Position numbers and translations under genes: made by a program
The notes under the pieces: generated by a model
What the model saw: only the letters and a program-made list of their open reading frames with translations
The model's database searches: none
Told to the model about the DNA's origin: nothing
Source: Felis catus
Lineage: Eukaryota
Direction of reading: 5' to 3'
NCBI RefSeq assembly: GCF_018350175.1
Contig: NC_058368.1
Location: forward strand, 36,272,001-36,336,000
DNA length: 64,000 bases
Part shown: positions 26,421 through 40,534 of the stretch, one piece after another
Layout: each line of letters opens with the position of its first letter
How positions within the stretch are numbered: the first letter of the stretch is position 1

Positions 26421-27660
26421 ATTAAGTTTATTGGATGACAAGTAAATAGACTAGCTAATCTAAGTTTGAAAAAGGGAATTGTTAGGTAATGGGCTATTTC
26501 ACAGAGCACTAGGGATGGACTACAGCCCGACCTTAGAGAGAACAGAAATTGGGAATTGGAGAGCCATTGTCTACCCAAGAAATATTCTCTTTCTCACTCT
26601 CCTCTCTAATGCTCTTTATTTTTCTCCGAAAGATTGACTCCTTCACTCATCAATCAGTGCTATTAGAAAATTGGTCACAGCTTCCAAGTACAAATCTATC
26701 ATTATATTGACCGGAACTCCCCTGAGGAGGGAAATCTTGCTTGGAAGTAATATTTTGATAAGCTGATTGGCTTAGTGAGTCAGCCCAAATTGCAAAAGAT
26801 GATTACTCTAAACTACTATGCAGACACAAGGAGAAGAATGAGTGGGACCCAGGAAAGACAGTTAAAGAGGAGAGGGAAAGAAGAGTCTGAATGACCTCTC
26901 TCCCTTTTACCTTACTGCAGAGACTACAAAAATTATAAGATACTCAGAATGACCAGATATTTTAAAGGAAACTAGCGAGAGAGCTGAATTCTGTCTGTGT
27001 TGCAGCAAAACACAACAGTATGTGACTAGGCCAGGAGCAAGAACTTGGCTGTCCTTGAGGGGATCATGTTGTACAAAATGACTGTCAAGTCCACACTTAT
27101 GGGGGTGTAAGGGACAGTTAAAGGGATTCTTGTGACCTGGCCAAATGTTCTAAAAAGTACTCAATATGGGGAAGAAAAGAGTCAAGTGAACATATAGGGG
27201 AGATGACTAATCCAAGCTGGATATTCTTTGAATGAAAGAATAAATAAAATAGACTTTCTTTGCCATAAACTGTGACCTACACAGAAATAAGCCAAAGCCA
27301 GGAGGCTGCTGAAGTTACAAGTAAGAAAAAGCCATGATGTAGAAAGGAGAGAAGAGTCAGTGGTTCCCAGAGAAGTGAAAGTCGAGACAGAGGCACTGGA
27401 GGGCTGCTGGAGATGAGGGCAAATAATGAGATACTACCATGTTAGCAGCTCAGTGCTGTTCCAGTTCTCCTTGAGGTTTGACTTTGTGAACAAAGGTCTA
27501 TGATCTGCAAGACCTGGTTGTTTAGCTGCTAGACTTTTTTCTGTTTTTCCTTACTTTCTTAACTTCCATATTTTTTCAGTACCCTTATAAATATCATAAC
27601 TGAGATGCCCTGGGCATGTTTATGATCCTGAGACTCTGAAAGAGCTTTATTATAAAACAA

Positions 27661-27720
27661 GAAAGGAAGGAAAGGAAAGGAAAGGAAAGGAAAGGAAAGG
27701 AAAGGAAAGGAAAGGAAAGA
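27661..27720. repeat. (GGAAA)n pentanucleotide microsatellite
   Basis: Directly visible. Confidence 0.98.
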
Positions 27721-28193
27721 AGAGAAGTGAGAAGGATCCAGGCTAGCATGTGCATTTGTGCCATTAAGAGTTAACTTGTTCTCTCCAATTGCTGTTCCCT
27801 TCATAATTTCTGTTTTCCTTCTAATTCCCACATCTTTATTCTGTATAATACTTGCCCTATGAGCCTCCAAATAAAAAACCTATCCTACCGATCTCTCTCC
27901 TTTCCCTTTCTATTTAGTTACAGCATAATGATATACAGATGCTCACTGGGTTACTCAACACTTGACTTATGCAAACTTGACCTTATACAAATGATTACAT
28001 AAGGCGCATAATAAAATTTCAGAGATGCAGGAAATTTCACATTATGTATGGAAACAGAAAGAAGTCGAATGCATAGATGAATGCTCAGACGCAAGGCCCC
28101 AAATAGGCCCTTCTGGGACAAGAGCAATTGCTCTTCACCTTCTGCTGTCTTTCAATCCCTGCATGGGTATCTGTGGCAGTTACACTTGCCCAC

Positions 28194-29033
28194 TGATATG
28201 GTCTAAAGTGTTGGGATTCAGGGGCACCTGGGTGGCTCAGTTGGTTTAGCGTCTGACTTTAGCTCGGGTCATGATCTTGCAGTCTGTGAGTTCAAGCCCC
28301 ACATTGGGCTCTGTGCTGACAGCTCAGAGCCTGGAGCCTGCTTGGGATTCTGTGTCTCCCTCTCTCTCTGTTCCTCCCCCGCTCTCCACCCCCTGTGTCT
28401 GTCTCAAAAATAACAAATATAAAAAAAAAATTAAAGTGTTGGGGTTCAGAGCCAACAGCCAAGAAAGAATTCTTGAGATGTTTCCAGTACAAAAAGGTGG
28501 TTTTACTAAAGCACGGGGAGAGGACCTGTGGGTAGAGAGACCTGCACTGGGGTTGTGACCAGTGACTGATTATATACCTTCAAGTTGGGAGGGGGTTAGG
28601 GATAGCGTAAGTCTCTAAGGTATTTTGAAAGCAAGGTTTCCAGGATCCTGAGGGGGCTAGCCATTGTTAGGAAAAGGTCATTTATTGCTGTTTAGTAAAA
28701 ACTCAGTCATGAGATCCTTCAGGTGTGTATCCATGGGGCCACATGCTTGGAGTACGGTTGCCAACATATGTCTTGAGGAGTACTGATAAAGGAAGTGTCC
28801 AAAGCAATTTTTACATGTTAAAGTAGACTTACAGGATCTTGGAGGTTGGGTTAGTGTTAAACTAAGATTGCTCTTTGCCCTTAGCAGACTGTCATCATAG
28901 AGGGAGCTGAGCTCTCAGAGGAAGGTCACTCTGCTGTCTCCAGGACTTGTCAATGGGCAATATCAAGGAAAGTATGTAAGTATATAAGTAGCAAAGAAAT
29001 TTAATTTTTCATTTGTCTTTCTTTCCCACATCA
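28194..29033 (-). mobile_element. Solo ERV LTR (carnivore) with a SINE inside
   Basis: TG...CA termini with inverted repeat tgat(a/g)tgg; 5-bp TSD CCCAC (28189-28193 / 29034-29038); TATA-like ggtatataa and AGTAAA on the minus strand. Confidence 0.85.
28221..28430 (+). mobile_element. Can-SINE inserted in LTR
   Basis: TSD taaagtgttggg(a/g)ttca. Confidence 0.95.
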
Positions 29034-29245
29034 CCCACCATTTCCTTTGACTCTACTATGATACAGTGGGCAGTTCAGTGCTCAGACCTTAGCATCCCAC
29101 TCCCTAGGTCTGTAGCCTTTTTCTATTGTTTACCAGCTAAGTGACCTTGAGTAAGTTTTGAAATCTCTCTAGCCTTCAATTTCCTACTCAACAAAGTAGG
29201 GGTAATAAGGTTTCCTTCTTCAGTGTTGTTATAAGAAATAAATCA

Positions 29246-29448
29246 GGGGGTACCTGGGTGGCTCAGCTGGTTAAGTGTCCACTCTTGATTTTTGGCTCAG
29301 GTCATGATCTTGGGGTTCATGGGATCAAGCCCCATGTGGGGCTCTGCGCTGATTGCACAAAGCCTGCTTCGGATTCTCTCTCTCCCTCTCTCTCTACCTC
29401 TCCCACTCTCTCTCTCCCAACAAAAATAAATAAACTTAAAAAAAAAAG
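29246..29448 (+). mobile_element. Can-SINE inserted in a MIR
   Basis: Full element; TSD aagaaa(t/g)aaatca; MIR core just upstream at ~29130-29210. Confidence 0.93.
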
Positions 29449-29673
29449 AAAGAAATCAGATAATCTGTAGTGAATACTCTTGCCAGTAATTTGAAAGCGT
29501 GATACTGCTCACCCCAATGACAGGCTTCTTGTTCTCCTGACCTACATGTTAAGCTCTTTCCAACTTTTGAGTTATGAGAAAACAGAAGAGAACAACTGTA
29601 CAAACTAGGAAGCATCAGTAGCTGAAAATGTGGTGCTGTCAGGCTACAGATTTAACACTACTCTCTCTCAATC

Positions 29674-29706
<33 letters not shown>

Positions 29707-30493
29707 TTTTCTGAGTGAATTAGACTGATCTGAGTTAATACAGTGATGAAGTGAGCTTGATATTCCAGATGTTTCATCCAGATGTTTGGCAGAGCTCTCA
29801 ATTCCGTCTTTCCTGATGCCTGTCTGTCTTTCATTCTAGGATCTCTCAGATTACTAAATCTGGGTGGAAAAACACTCAAACCCTGTTCAGAGCAAAAGAA
29901 GAGAGGAGAATAATATTCAAAAGTTGTAACCTCAATATTCTCCCTATAAAAACAACTTTTTGCAGAAACTCGGGTCAGATGTCTTTAAGCTACAGTACAG
30001 TGGAATAAAACATTCTCCAGCTCTCGTTGAATGGAAAATTTATCAGGCTGCATTTAAAAAAAAATCTCCTTTTGTGGAACTAGTGAGAGTCTCCGGAACC
30101 ATGTTCATATCCATAATAATGAAGCTAGATAAGGGTGCCTGACTCAGATTCTGCCCATCAAAACAAACCATCCAAGCACCATGTGAAAAGCTTTGATAAG
30201 GCCCTGTGAAGACAGTTTAGGCAGTCCATTTGTCATTGAATATGGTTTCATCCTTAGCACAACATTTTTAAACAGCTTGATTTAAAAAAAAAAATCAATA
30301 GTCCTTGAGTAAGAATGGTATCAGGACAACAATCTTCAATTTAATATTAAGGGCTTTATTCACATCTCTTTTAGCTTTAGACAAACTGGCTTGTATCATA
30401 GTCTAAGTTCCAACAGTGACTTTCCAATGCTTCCAGATTAATTCTTTCTTACTTTTGTCATGTAGCATAGGAAGAGCCTCTTGTCTCTCTCAT

Positions 30494-30624
30494 TGGTGGT
30501 TTTCAAACTTGACTTCTGAGCAATGAAAATTCTTTTATCAAATAGAATCTTACTCAGAACTCAACAGCAGAATGGAACTGCTCAGCAAGTGTCTCCTATC
30601 AGGAAGATCTTTGGAAAACCACTG
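30494..30624. mobile_element. hAT-Charlie MITE (MER103/MER5-like)
   Basis: Inverted termini 'gtggttttcaaact' ... 'tttggaaaaccactg'. Confidence 0.6.
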
Positions 30625-31636
30625 CCCTATACCAAAAATGCTTGATTTGGCTGGCATATTTCACAGCCAGAATAGAGAAGCAATCAAAATGTAATTTGCC
30701 CACAGAATGGAAATTCATTAAGTAGCACATAAATAGAACATAATAATGTATAGTAGCTACATTCATGAAAAAGTTGCATTACAGTATTAGGCTTCATTAT
30801 TAGAAATAGAAGTGGCAACAGGTCCGAGACTACATTTTCAAGTCCGCATTTCCCACTTTCCTCCAGGTGTGCTGAGCTGCAGCTCTGGAGCAACACAGAA
30901 GCAGTTGGCCTTCCCCCCAAACGCATGTGCTCTCAACAAATAGAATTTGCACATGCCCTGGGTCTGAGCCTTTCAATCCCGAATGACTGATCTAAACACT
31001 GGGAATGTGGGTCAAGAATATGGCCCAGCTGGAAGCACATAGAGCAGAGATAGTGCAAAGACAATCTCCTCAGTTGCTCTGACTTTGACATAAGACTGGG
31101 GAGGATGGAACTTTTCTTCCTATCCAAGCATGCCCAATCTTATTTCATTAGAGAGAGAGAGAGAGAAAGAGTTAGTTTCGATCTTAGAAGCAATACTCTA
31201 CAAATAATAACCCCCTACATTACTTTTAAGAAGACTCACCAACTTTATGATAAACCCTCATTTTCCAACTCCAGAATGAGATTTTTGGCTTAAATCTAAA
31301 AAGGAGTAACATTCCAGTTCCTAAACAAAGTTGTCCAGCAGAGTAGTAGAATGAGGCAGATCCAGGAGCATGGCCCTACTTGTGTACTGCAAAACGAGAT
31401 GTGTCAAAGCATCGTGAGTTTTTCAGAGGGCAAGACAGGCACGATAATATAATTTACGCTCGTACCTCTTGCACTGAAAGTTTCTTTTGCTAAGTTTTCC
31501 AGTTTCTCTATCATTGTTTCTTCAATGCCGGCAGCCACCAACCCTCAGAGCTGCAGCTAGTCTTATAAATAAGGAATTTTGTGCTTCAGGTCTGTCTCCT
31601 CATAACCCACTCCTTCCCACTAAGGTCAGTAAGGAG

Positions 31637-32025
31637 CAGTGCTGTACTGAAACTGTATAACACAGGCTCATTAGAGCTGATTGTTAAAATTTCAGGCATT
31701 TTGCAAGTCACTATTAAAAATTAAGTTGTGTAAACTTAGAACTAAGTAAAATTTGTTTTAAAAAAGAGTAGCAAATATTCAAAACTCATCACTTCCTAGT
31801 TATTTTATGGCCACCTATATCCTTATGTATTCATTGTATCTGTATGGTGAAAATTTCATATAATACTGTGCAATACTTCCTATTCCATATTCCACAATGT
31901 CAGGTTGGCAGCTTGAAATCAATCATAGCAAGAGTATTTATGACAGAGAAATTGATAAACACAAAAAAATGAGGGCTTTTTTATTTTCTGGAGAGCAAGT
32001 TTTTAAATGTTTACTATCACACCGT
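31637..32025. mobile_element. MER63-like hAT transposon
   Basis: 'cagtgctgtactg...agagctgattgttaaaatttcagg' ... 'aaatgtttactatcacacc'. Confidence 0.7.
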
Positions 32026-32539
32026 TGGCAAGGAGATTATGAATAGATGTCTACTCCTTTGCCAATACCCGAGAAAACAATTACTTGAGTTTACATGACT
32101 GGCTAGTGGGACATTTTGCCATCAACTAGCTATTTTTATAATGCTGTGAACTCTGATACTCACAAGTAGATTTCCTCGTTCTCTTTTTATCACCAGTGAA
32201 AACTGTAAGTCAGTAGCAATAAGGAATTAAGTTACGTTTCAACAAGAAATAAAAACTATGGCAATCAACTGTGTGGGTAGCACTTTATACGGTTAGAAAA
32301 GGAGTAAAGATATGAAACTCATAAATCTATTGCATGAATATATCAGACAGAGATGGAGAAAAAGCTATCACAAGAGGAAGAACATAAATTGTGCTGTGTG
32401 GAAAGAAAGGAATGTACTAAAATAAGGAAGTGTACTGCATGGGTTCATAATTTTGTAATGATATAAGCTCATTATCAACAGTCTGGGATATTTTTGCTGG
32501 GTAGTAAACAATTTGTCATCGGTAGAAAGAAGACCTTAC

Positions 32540-32748
32540 GGGGGTACCTGGGAGGCCCAGTTGGTGCAGCTTCCAACTCGGTTTTGACTCAGGTCATGGT
32601 CTCACGTGTTCCTGGGTTTAAGTCCTATGTCAGGCTCTGCGCTGACAGCAGAAAGCCTACTTGGTATCCTCACCACCCCCTTCACCCTCCCACACTTGTG
32701 CTGCCTCTGTCTCTCTCAAAACAAATAAATAAATTTAAAAAACAAAAA
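32540..32748 (+). mobile_element. Can-SINE (older)
   Basis: Diverged head and tail; TSD gaagac(c/t)ttac. Confidence 0.9.
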
Positions 32749-33083
32749 GAAGGAAGACTTTACTGAAGATATGGGGGTTTGATCATAGAAGAATAACTTA
32801 GTGAACACTTAACGAATATCATACGTGCTCACATTCAAAGCCAGGCCCATCTGTCAGGGGGACACGGTCACTTGCATGTGCCTTTCTCTACAGTGTCCTT
32901 CCAAGGAAGTCACTGAGGATTTCTACCTTCCTGGAATCCAGGCAGGCCTATCACACCCCTAAGTCTCAGTGTCCATCTCTGCATGTCCCTAGTCCCCAGT
33001 GCTTGTTCTAGAATTAACCTCTTTTTGGGATGATTAATCCTAACAACATTTTCATTGGTGGATAAAGTGCATGTCTGTGTAAA

Positions 33084-33330
33084 ACAGGGCTGGGAGATAG
33101 GGCCAGGCAAATGGGGCACTTGCTTCTGGTTCAAACTCTAAGGGGCACCAAAAACCTTTATGACCAAGATAAAAAATAGTTTTAATCAAATTTAATCAAA
33201 TTTTAATATTAAATTTCTATTTAATGTTTTAATTAGAAATTAACTTTTTTTAACTTAAAAAAATCAAAATTAATGCAAATAACCCCTAATTTATGAAATC
33301 TCAAATTTTAAAATAATGGCAGGGTCATAA
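33084..33330. mobile_element. MER96B-like hAT fragment
   Basis: 'cagggctgggagatagggccaggc...taaggggcaccaaaaa...aatcaaaattaatgcaaa'. Confidence 0.6.
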
Positions 33331-33700
33331 TTTAGTAAAAAGGGTGGACGTTCTCACTTGTAAACCCGTCTTCCGAGTGGAACACTCTTGTTCTCATTCT
33401 CTCTGGGCTCCTGTGAGAGTGTGCTCAGCTAGCTAATTTCCTCTCTCTCCTAGAATGTCAGCTTCCTCTTAAAAGAAGTCTTGCTCTCCAAAGCCAACAA
33501 ATTGTTCAAAGTTCAGCCACCTTAAAACAAAAACAAACACAAGCACTACCGTGCCTTGGTAACCTTGATTCCCTCCAACCTAACACCTCCCTCACGTTTT
33601 CCCTTTATACCAGAGCTTCCTGAAAACATAACCCATGCTCAATGTCATTATTTTCTCACCTCCCATTTGACATTTCCTCACTGGACAATGTTGATTATTC

Positions 33701-33827
33701 TTTTTTTTTTTTTTTAAAGTTTATTTATTTTGAGAGACAGCACACAAATCAGGGAGGGGCAGAGAGAGAGGGAGAGAACCCAAGCAAATTAAGAGTTGGA
33801 TGCTTAACCAACTGACCCAGGAACCCC
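33701..33827 (-). mobile_element. Can-SINE with internal deletion, inside an L2 relic
   Basis: Poly-T, GA body joined directly to the head; TSD gattattct. Confidence 0.88.
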
Positions 33828-34271
33828 GATTATTCTTGTCTTCTTGACAAATATCTTCTCCTTTGACTTTTTTGATAGCACACTTCTATTATCTCTCCTC
33901 CTATGTCTCAGTATTCCTTCTCAATCTTGTTTGCAGGTTCATTTATTTTGGTCCTTTCTTAAAATGTTGGTAATCCTTAGGTAATGATCTCAGTCGTCTT
34001 CCCCTCCCCTGGTGAATACATCAACTCCCATGATATTACTGTCATAAATAAGTACATGACTCTCTTTTCCAGCTCTAGCATCTTTCCTAGTACAGTTTCT
34101 TACATAAATCACTTGCTCACTTGCTACACATCTCCTCTTGGCCATCCCCTAGACACCTCAAACTCAATATACCCAAATTAAAGTCATTTGCCACCTTCCC
34201 AGTTTGCTTTCCATATACTACATGTTTGGTTAGATGGCATCAGGAATCCAACAAAGAAGCCTGAAGTCACT

Positions 34272-34492
34272 TTTTTTTTAATTGAGAAAAAATTGACATA
34301 CTGTGTTAGTTTTTAGATATACAACATAACAAGTTGACATTTATATTAAAATGATCACCGCAGGGGTGCCTGGGTGGCTCAGTCAGTTGAGTGTCCCACG
34401 CTTGATTTCAGCCCAGGTCATGATCCCAGGGGTGTGGGATTGAGCCCCGTGTCAGACTCCGTGCTGAGAGTGGAGAGTGGAGCCTGCTTGAG

Positions 34493-34538
<46 letters not shown>

Positions 34539-35060
34539 CCTCTGCCCCTTTCCCCCACTCACGCTCTCTCTCTAGAAAATAAAATAAAAAGATAACCACC
34601 ATAAGTTTAACACTATCACCATATATGGTTACAAACATTTGTTTCCTCACGATAAAACTTTCAAGAACTCTTCCTTTAGGAACTTTCAAATAGACAACAC
34701 TATATATAGACAATAGTATTAACTATAGTCACCATGCTATATATTATATCCCCAAAACTTATTTATAACTGAAAATTTGTACCTTTTTAACATCTTTGCC
34801 CATTTCATCCACTCCCCCACCCCCCCACCTCTGGCAACCACCAGTCTGTTCTCTGTATCTATGAGCTCAGCTTTTTTTAGATTCAACATATAAGTAAAAT
34901 CATAAGGTATTTGTCTAGCATAATGCCCTTAATGTTCATTCATATTGTTGCAAATAGCAGAATTTCTCTTTTTATGGCTGAATAATATTCCTGTGTGTAT
35001 GTGTGTGTGTATGTGTACGTATGTATGTCATAGTTTTATCTATTTATCAATGGACACTTA
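34272..35060 (-). mobile_element. L1 3' end interrupted by a SINE
   Basis: Poly-T then antisense 3' UTR; TSD ctg(a/g)agtcact at 34261 and 35061. Confidence 0.9.
34363..34590 (+). mobile_element. Can-SINE
   Basis: Head, (CT)n, tail; TSD gat(c/a)acc. Confidence 0.95.
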
Positions 35061-35329
35061 CTGGAGTCACTCTTTGGTTTTCCCTTCCTCAATGGTCTGG
35101 TGCTCTGGAGCCCTGTGTGCTCCCAGAGATGCCTCCACCATAAAATAAAGCTGTCAGTAGAGGCTCCAGAACAACCCTTCAATATCTGCTCACAGAGCCT
35201 TTAAGACACCCACCCTCTTGAAAAGACATCCGACCACAATCTGCCCAAGAATCATAATGTTCCTCTCTGTCCTCCTCTGTTGCCTCTCTCTCTATAATCC
35301 CTCTGTGCCTTCCTATTTCTACCTGGACC

Positions 35330-36190
35330 TTCCTCCTCTCAGATACTCACATGGCTCCCCACCTTCCTTCATTCAGTTTTCTGTTGATATACACATCTAT
35401 CAAAGAGGATCTCCATGACCACCTTAGATAAAATCAGCAACCCACTGCCCTCCTATTCTCTAGTGTTCCTATCCTGCTTCATTTCTCTTCATAGTACTTA
35501 TATAGACTTGACTTATACATATTTATCTATTTGTTTATTTCCTTTCCCCATTAGAATGTAAATTTCCTGACAGCAGAGTCTGTTTTATTAACTCTATATC
35601 CTCATAACCTAGAGCAGTGTTTGACATTTAGTAGATGCACAATAAACACTTGCTAGGTGAATGAATGATTACTTCCTGTCACATCTACTTTAACATTTAT
35701 TGTCTTAAGTTCTCTCTCTCACATATTTAATAAATATTTACTCAGCTCCTCCTGTGGGCCCTGCATAGTGATAGGTGTTCTCCATTCTGCTGTTCCAGGT
35801 CTCATAGTGTCTAGCCTGGGCTCTTGCAGTTATCCCCTAACTGGTCTCCCTGTTTGCAGTCACATCTTTCCTTATTGTTCTTCATGCTGCTGCTAGATGA
35901 TCTTGCCAACTTGACTCAAATTGATCATTTCTCTCTGAAGGCTTTCTCAACAATTCTAGTGGAGTGACTTGACTTTCCTTGTGCCTTAGTGTATGCTGTA
36001 CAGATGGTTACCATGGCACATACAGCATGACACTTTGCTGCACACATTTACACATCTGTCATGCTCTATTTGACTGCAAACCCACCGAGGGCAGATACTA
36101 TCATTTACTTGCTTCTGAGTCTTATTCTTATCTTATTCAACACAGTGCCAGGGCCATCATGAATGCTTAGTAAACATTTGCTGAATAAAT
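35330..36190 (+). mobile_element. L2 relics
   Basis: 'ttagaatgtaaatttcctgacagcagag...aataaacacttgctaggtgaatgaatga' and a second L2 tail ending at ~36190. Confidence 0.7.
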
Positions 36191-37151
36191 GAAGTAATAC
36201 TATATTCAGTGAATTATCTGTCTTTATGCCAAAGAGTCCAAAGCACTTATACGTACATCATAGTATGTTTTTCTAACTTAAAAATGATGTGGTCAGACAT
36301 CTCTATACAATAGGTAAAAATCAGGTAGTATTATCTCTCTCTAACGGAAGAATTGGATTTATATCTGTTTTCTAAGATTAGTTTGCACCCAAAGCTGGAT
36401 TGATAGCATCAAGTCCAGTGTGCAGATTATTACATCAGATGCTGAAGGATTAGCAAAGAAAAGTAGAAATATTCTCTGCCTTCAAGGATCATACTGTCTG
36501 AAGACAATATACGTAGAAAATACAGATTCATCAAACATCTTACCAACCCTAAAAATGGACCACCCAAATATTAAAGCAGAAAAAAGAAAAATACTGAAAG
36601 GACCAAGCTGAACTTCTTCCATGGGAGATCAGCACCTTTATGAAAATGACGGGTGCTCTACCAAGAGGACTGTTCCCCAAAGAGAAGACAGTCACCACTT
36701 CCAAGCCCTCTGTGCTCCCTCATAGCCAGCTGTCCAGGGCATGCACAGAATCACAGAGATCTGACTGTCAAGTCTGAACATCACTCCACCACTTATCTGG
36801 GGGGAAGAAGAAGTCAGGGCTGGAATACATAGGGAAGTGAGAATGGATTCCCAGTGACTAGTCTAGGTTAACTATCATTAGCACCTCAATAGGTAGAAGG
36901 TACCATTTTGAAGGAGGTTCCTAAAAAACACTAAGACCATGTTTCTAAAATGAAATCAAGACCCTACAAGTTATTTATCTGCAAAATTGTGATTCTGATT
37001 TCCTGGGAAAGGATTGTGTTCAAAGAAAGTGGGGCAGGAAAATAAGTCAACATTTACAGACACCGTCCGTATGTTTTGAACTATTCTTTTGAATCCCCCG
37101 TCTCAATGCATCCTTACAACAATATTGCAAGATAAATACTATTGTCCCTAC

Positions 37152-38068
37152 TTTAATTTTTTTAAATATAATTTATTGTCAAGTTGGCTAACATACAGGG
37201 TATACAGTGTGCTCTTGGTTTTGGGAGTAGGCTCCTGTGATTCATTGATTACATACGACACCCAGTGCTCATCTCAACAAGTGCCCTCCTCAATGCCCAT
37301 CACCCATTTTTCCTTCTCCTCGCCCCCCATAAACCCTCAGTTTGTTCTCTGTATTTAAGAGTCTCTTATGATTTGCCTCCCTCTCTACTGAAACAATTTT
37401 CCCCCCTTCCCCCATGGTGTTCTGTTAGGTTTCTCAAGTTCCACATATGAGTGAAAACATATGATATCTGTCTTTCTCTGACTGACTTATTTCACTTAGC
37501 ATAATACCGTCCAGTTCCATCCATATTGTTGCAAATGGCAGGATTTCATTCCTTCTCATTGCCTCATCTTCTTTATCCATCCATCAGTTGATTTGGGCTC
37601 TTCCCATGATTTGGTTATTGTTGAAAGTGCTACTGTAAACATTGGGGTACAAGTGCCCCTATGAATCAGCACTCCTATATCCTTTGGATAAATTCCTAGT
37701 AGTGCTGTTTCTAGGCCATAGGAGAGTTTTATTTTTAATTTTTTGAGGAACCTCTACACTGGTTTCCAGAGTGACTGCACTAGTTTGCATTCCCACCAAC
37801 AGTGGGTTCCCGTTTCTCCACATCCTTGCCAGCATCTGTTGTTTGCAGAGTTGTTAATTTTAGCCACTATGACTGGTGTGAAGTTGTATCTCAATTTGGT
37901 TTGATTTGTATTTCCCTGATGATGAGTGATGTTGAGCATCTTTGCATGCTGGATGTCTTCTTTGGAAAAGTGTCTATGCATGTCTTATGCCCATTTCTTC
38001 ACTGGATTATTTGGTTTTCACATGTTGAGGAGTTTGATAAGTTCTTTATAGTATTTGGATACTAACCC
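37152..38068 (-). mobile_element. L1 3' end (felid type), 5'-truncated
   Basis: Antisense ORF2 C-terminus ([13 protein letters not shown]) and 3' UTR; TSD ccctactt. Confidence 0.95.
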
Positions 38069-38089
38069 TACTGGCCCTACTTGCTGATG

Positions 38090-39950
38090 AAGATATTGTG
38101 GAAAAGAAAGGCTTACATAAAAATATTATTTATTTCTATCAGCAGGGACTCGTGCAATTTATTTTATTCTATAGGTTATAATATATTATTAATCTTATTA
38201 CATATCTTGTGGCTTTTTCCAGCTTTGACAATAAGAGTTCCCTCAAATGAACTCTTGTATCCTTTTCCCTTGCCCTCATCAGTTTTTGAGCATTTCATTA
38301 CTTTCTGGCACCACAAGATGCTTCTTTGTGTTGGGGCGCCTGGGTGGCGCAGTCGGTTAAGCGTCCGACTTCAGCCAGGTCACGATCTCGCGGTCCGTGA
38401 GTTCGGGCCCCGCATCGGGGTCTGGGCTGATGGCTCAGAGCCTGGAGCCTGTTTCCGATTCTGTGTCTCCCTCTCTCTCTGCCCCTCCCCCGTTCATGCT
38501 CTGTCTCTCTCTGTCCCAAAAATAAATAAACGTTGAAAAAAAAAATTAAAAAAAAAAGATGCTTCTTTGTGTATTTTTCTTGCCTCAGCCCTAGAATCAG
38601 CCAAGGAGCCTTGGCTCCCTTTACTGAAGAACCAAGTGCCAGTTGCGTTCACTGAGGTGTCATTGTTTCTGGGTTCTTGTAGAGAGAAGAGATAAGAAGT
38701 ATGTGCCTGTATATACGTATATACATTCCATACACACTCATCTGTATCTTTTTCTCTACCTCTAAATATATTAAAGACCATGAGTTCATACTGACACCTC
38801 TGATTCCAAACCACCACCTCGTGGTTCATTCCATCCCACCTCATTCTTTCTCCAACAATGAGAAACTAGTCTTTGATGATCCACAGTATATTCATTTATT
38901 TGCTCAATTCTAGAATACACCTAGTTATTGAATTGTTACCCATTCCCCAGTGCAAAACAAATTTGGTAACTAGAAACCCAGTGTTTTTTTTCTTTAGTCT
39001 TAACAGTATATAAGTTCAAATACTGTTTTCCAAATTTGTTGGTGTGTGTATTTTGAGTTCCCTCTGCTTCATGATTTATTTTAACTGTTTATTGAGTATA
39101 GATAACATTACTCATGGAATTGCCATGATTCCCAGAGTCATAACTATTTAAAAAAATCGTATACTCAGAGAAGTGTAGCTTCTCTCAGCCCATCCACCCT
39201 ATTCATGTTCTGTCCACGCAGACCTTACCCATTTCCTTTAGGTGACCAATCTTAGTTTTGGTTTATCCTTCCTGTATTTCTGTCTCTATGAGAACATATG
39301 TGTTCTCATACTATACTATATATATTATGATACTCTCTTGTACTTGGATGTTTCGCTTAAAAGTATAGCCTGGAAATTCATCCATATGAGTTAATAAAGA
39401 TGTTCCTCACTTTTTTTTTTTAACAGCCTCTTGATATTTTACTGTGTGGATATACTATACTTATTCAACTACCCTTTGATGCATGGGCATTTAGACACCT
39501 TCAAATACTTTGCAGTTATAAGTAACGCTGAAATGAATAACTGTGTGCATGTACTTTTTCATATTGTTAAAGATATATCATCAGGGCAAATTTCTAGAAA
39601 TGGGACTATCAGGTCAAAAGATAACAGCATATGTAATTTTGTTAGATATTTCCAAATTATTCCCCAATGGTACTATTAGTTTACATTCTCCCAGCCGCAT
39701 CTGAGAGTGCCTGTTGCCCTACAGCATGCCCAACACAATACGTTGTCATACTTTTTAACACCACCAATTACCTAGAACTTGTATCCCAGGGTTGTTCTAG
39801 TTTGAATTTCTCTCATTACAAGAAACCTACTATTGAACATATTTTCATATATCATGAACCATTGTTATATCTTTTTGGTGAATTACTGTTTGTATCTTTT
39901 CCCATTTTTCTACTAAGTCTTTGTTCTTTCTCTCTTAACTTGCAAGAGTG
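38090..39950 (-). mobile_element. Old L1M fragments
   Basis: Antisense L1M 3' UTR and ORF2-end motifs; similar to 52520-52870. Confidence 0.7.
38333..38555 (+). mobile_element. Can-SINE, young SINEC_Fc type
   Basis: Near identical to the 2689 copy; perfect 17-bp TSD aagatgcttctttgtgt (38315-38331 / 38556-38572). Confidence 0.97.
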
Positions 39951-40534
39951 ACTTGCAAGAGTGACTATTTAGACATCTTTTTATTGGTGTGTCATTTGAA
40001 ATTCTATACACATTCTGTTGCTTATATGGTAACTTTTCATTAATTTTATATAGTTTCATTTAATGTACATGTCCCATGTTTTTTTTTTTTCATTAGAAGA
40101 AATTTAGGGCACTCTACATATTTTATTGTAGTTATACTGTTTTCATTGTACAAATACATTTTAATCACAATGTGGCTAAATGACACAGCAGAACCAAAGA
40201 AACAAATTCATGCAAGAACTCCTTTATGCAATTCCTTCATGAAATATTTACTTAGAACAAACAAACATTTTTTTTAAAAGATATCAACTTGGCCATTCTA
40301 TGACTCTGACACTCATAAAAAGCAGGAGATAGCCTCATAAGTAATTTCACTCAAGATAACAAATAAGGGGAAAGAGTGAAGCGATGGAGAAAAATACTAA
40401 AATGGAGAAGTACCTCGGGATTAAATAGCTTTGCTAAGGTCACATACCTAGTCATAGAGCTGAACTGTGCAACTTCTGATTTCTGTTTAAAAGGTTTCAT
40501 TTAATATTTTTGGTAGTTCTATGAAAGAACAAAT

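Noticed and set aside
39938..39966. 13-bp tandem duplication acttgcaagagtg (similar 14-bp one near 51717-51745)
   Set aside because: Ordinary slippage duplications in or beside decayed L1 sequence.
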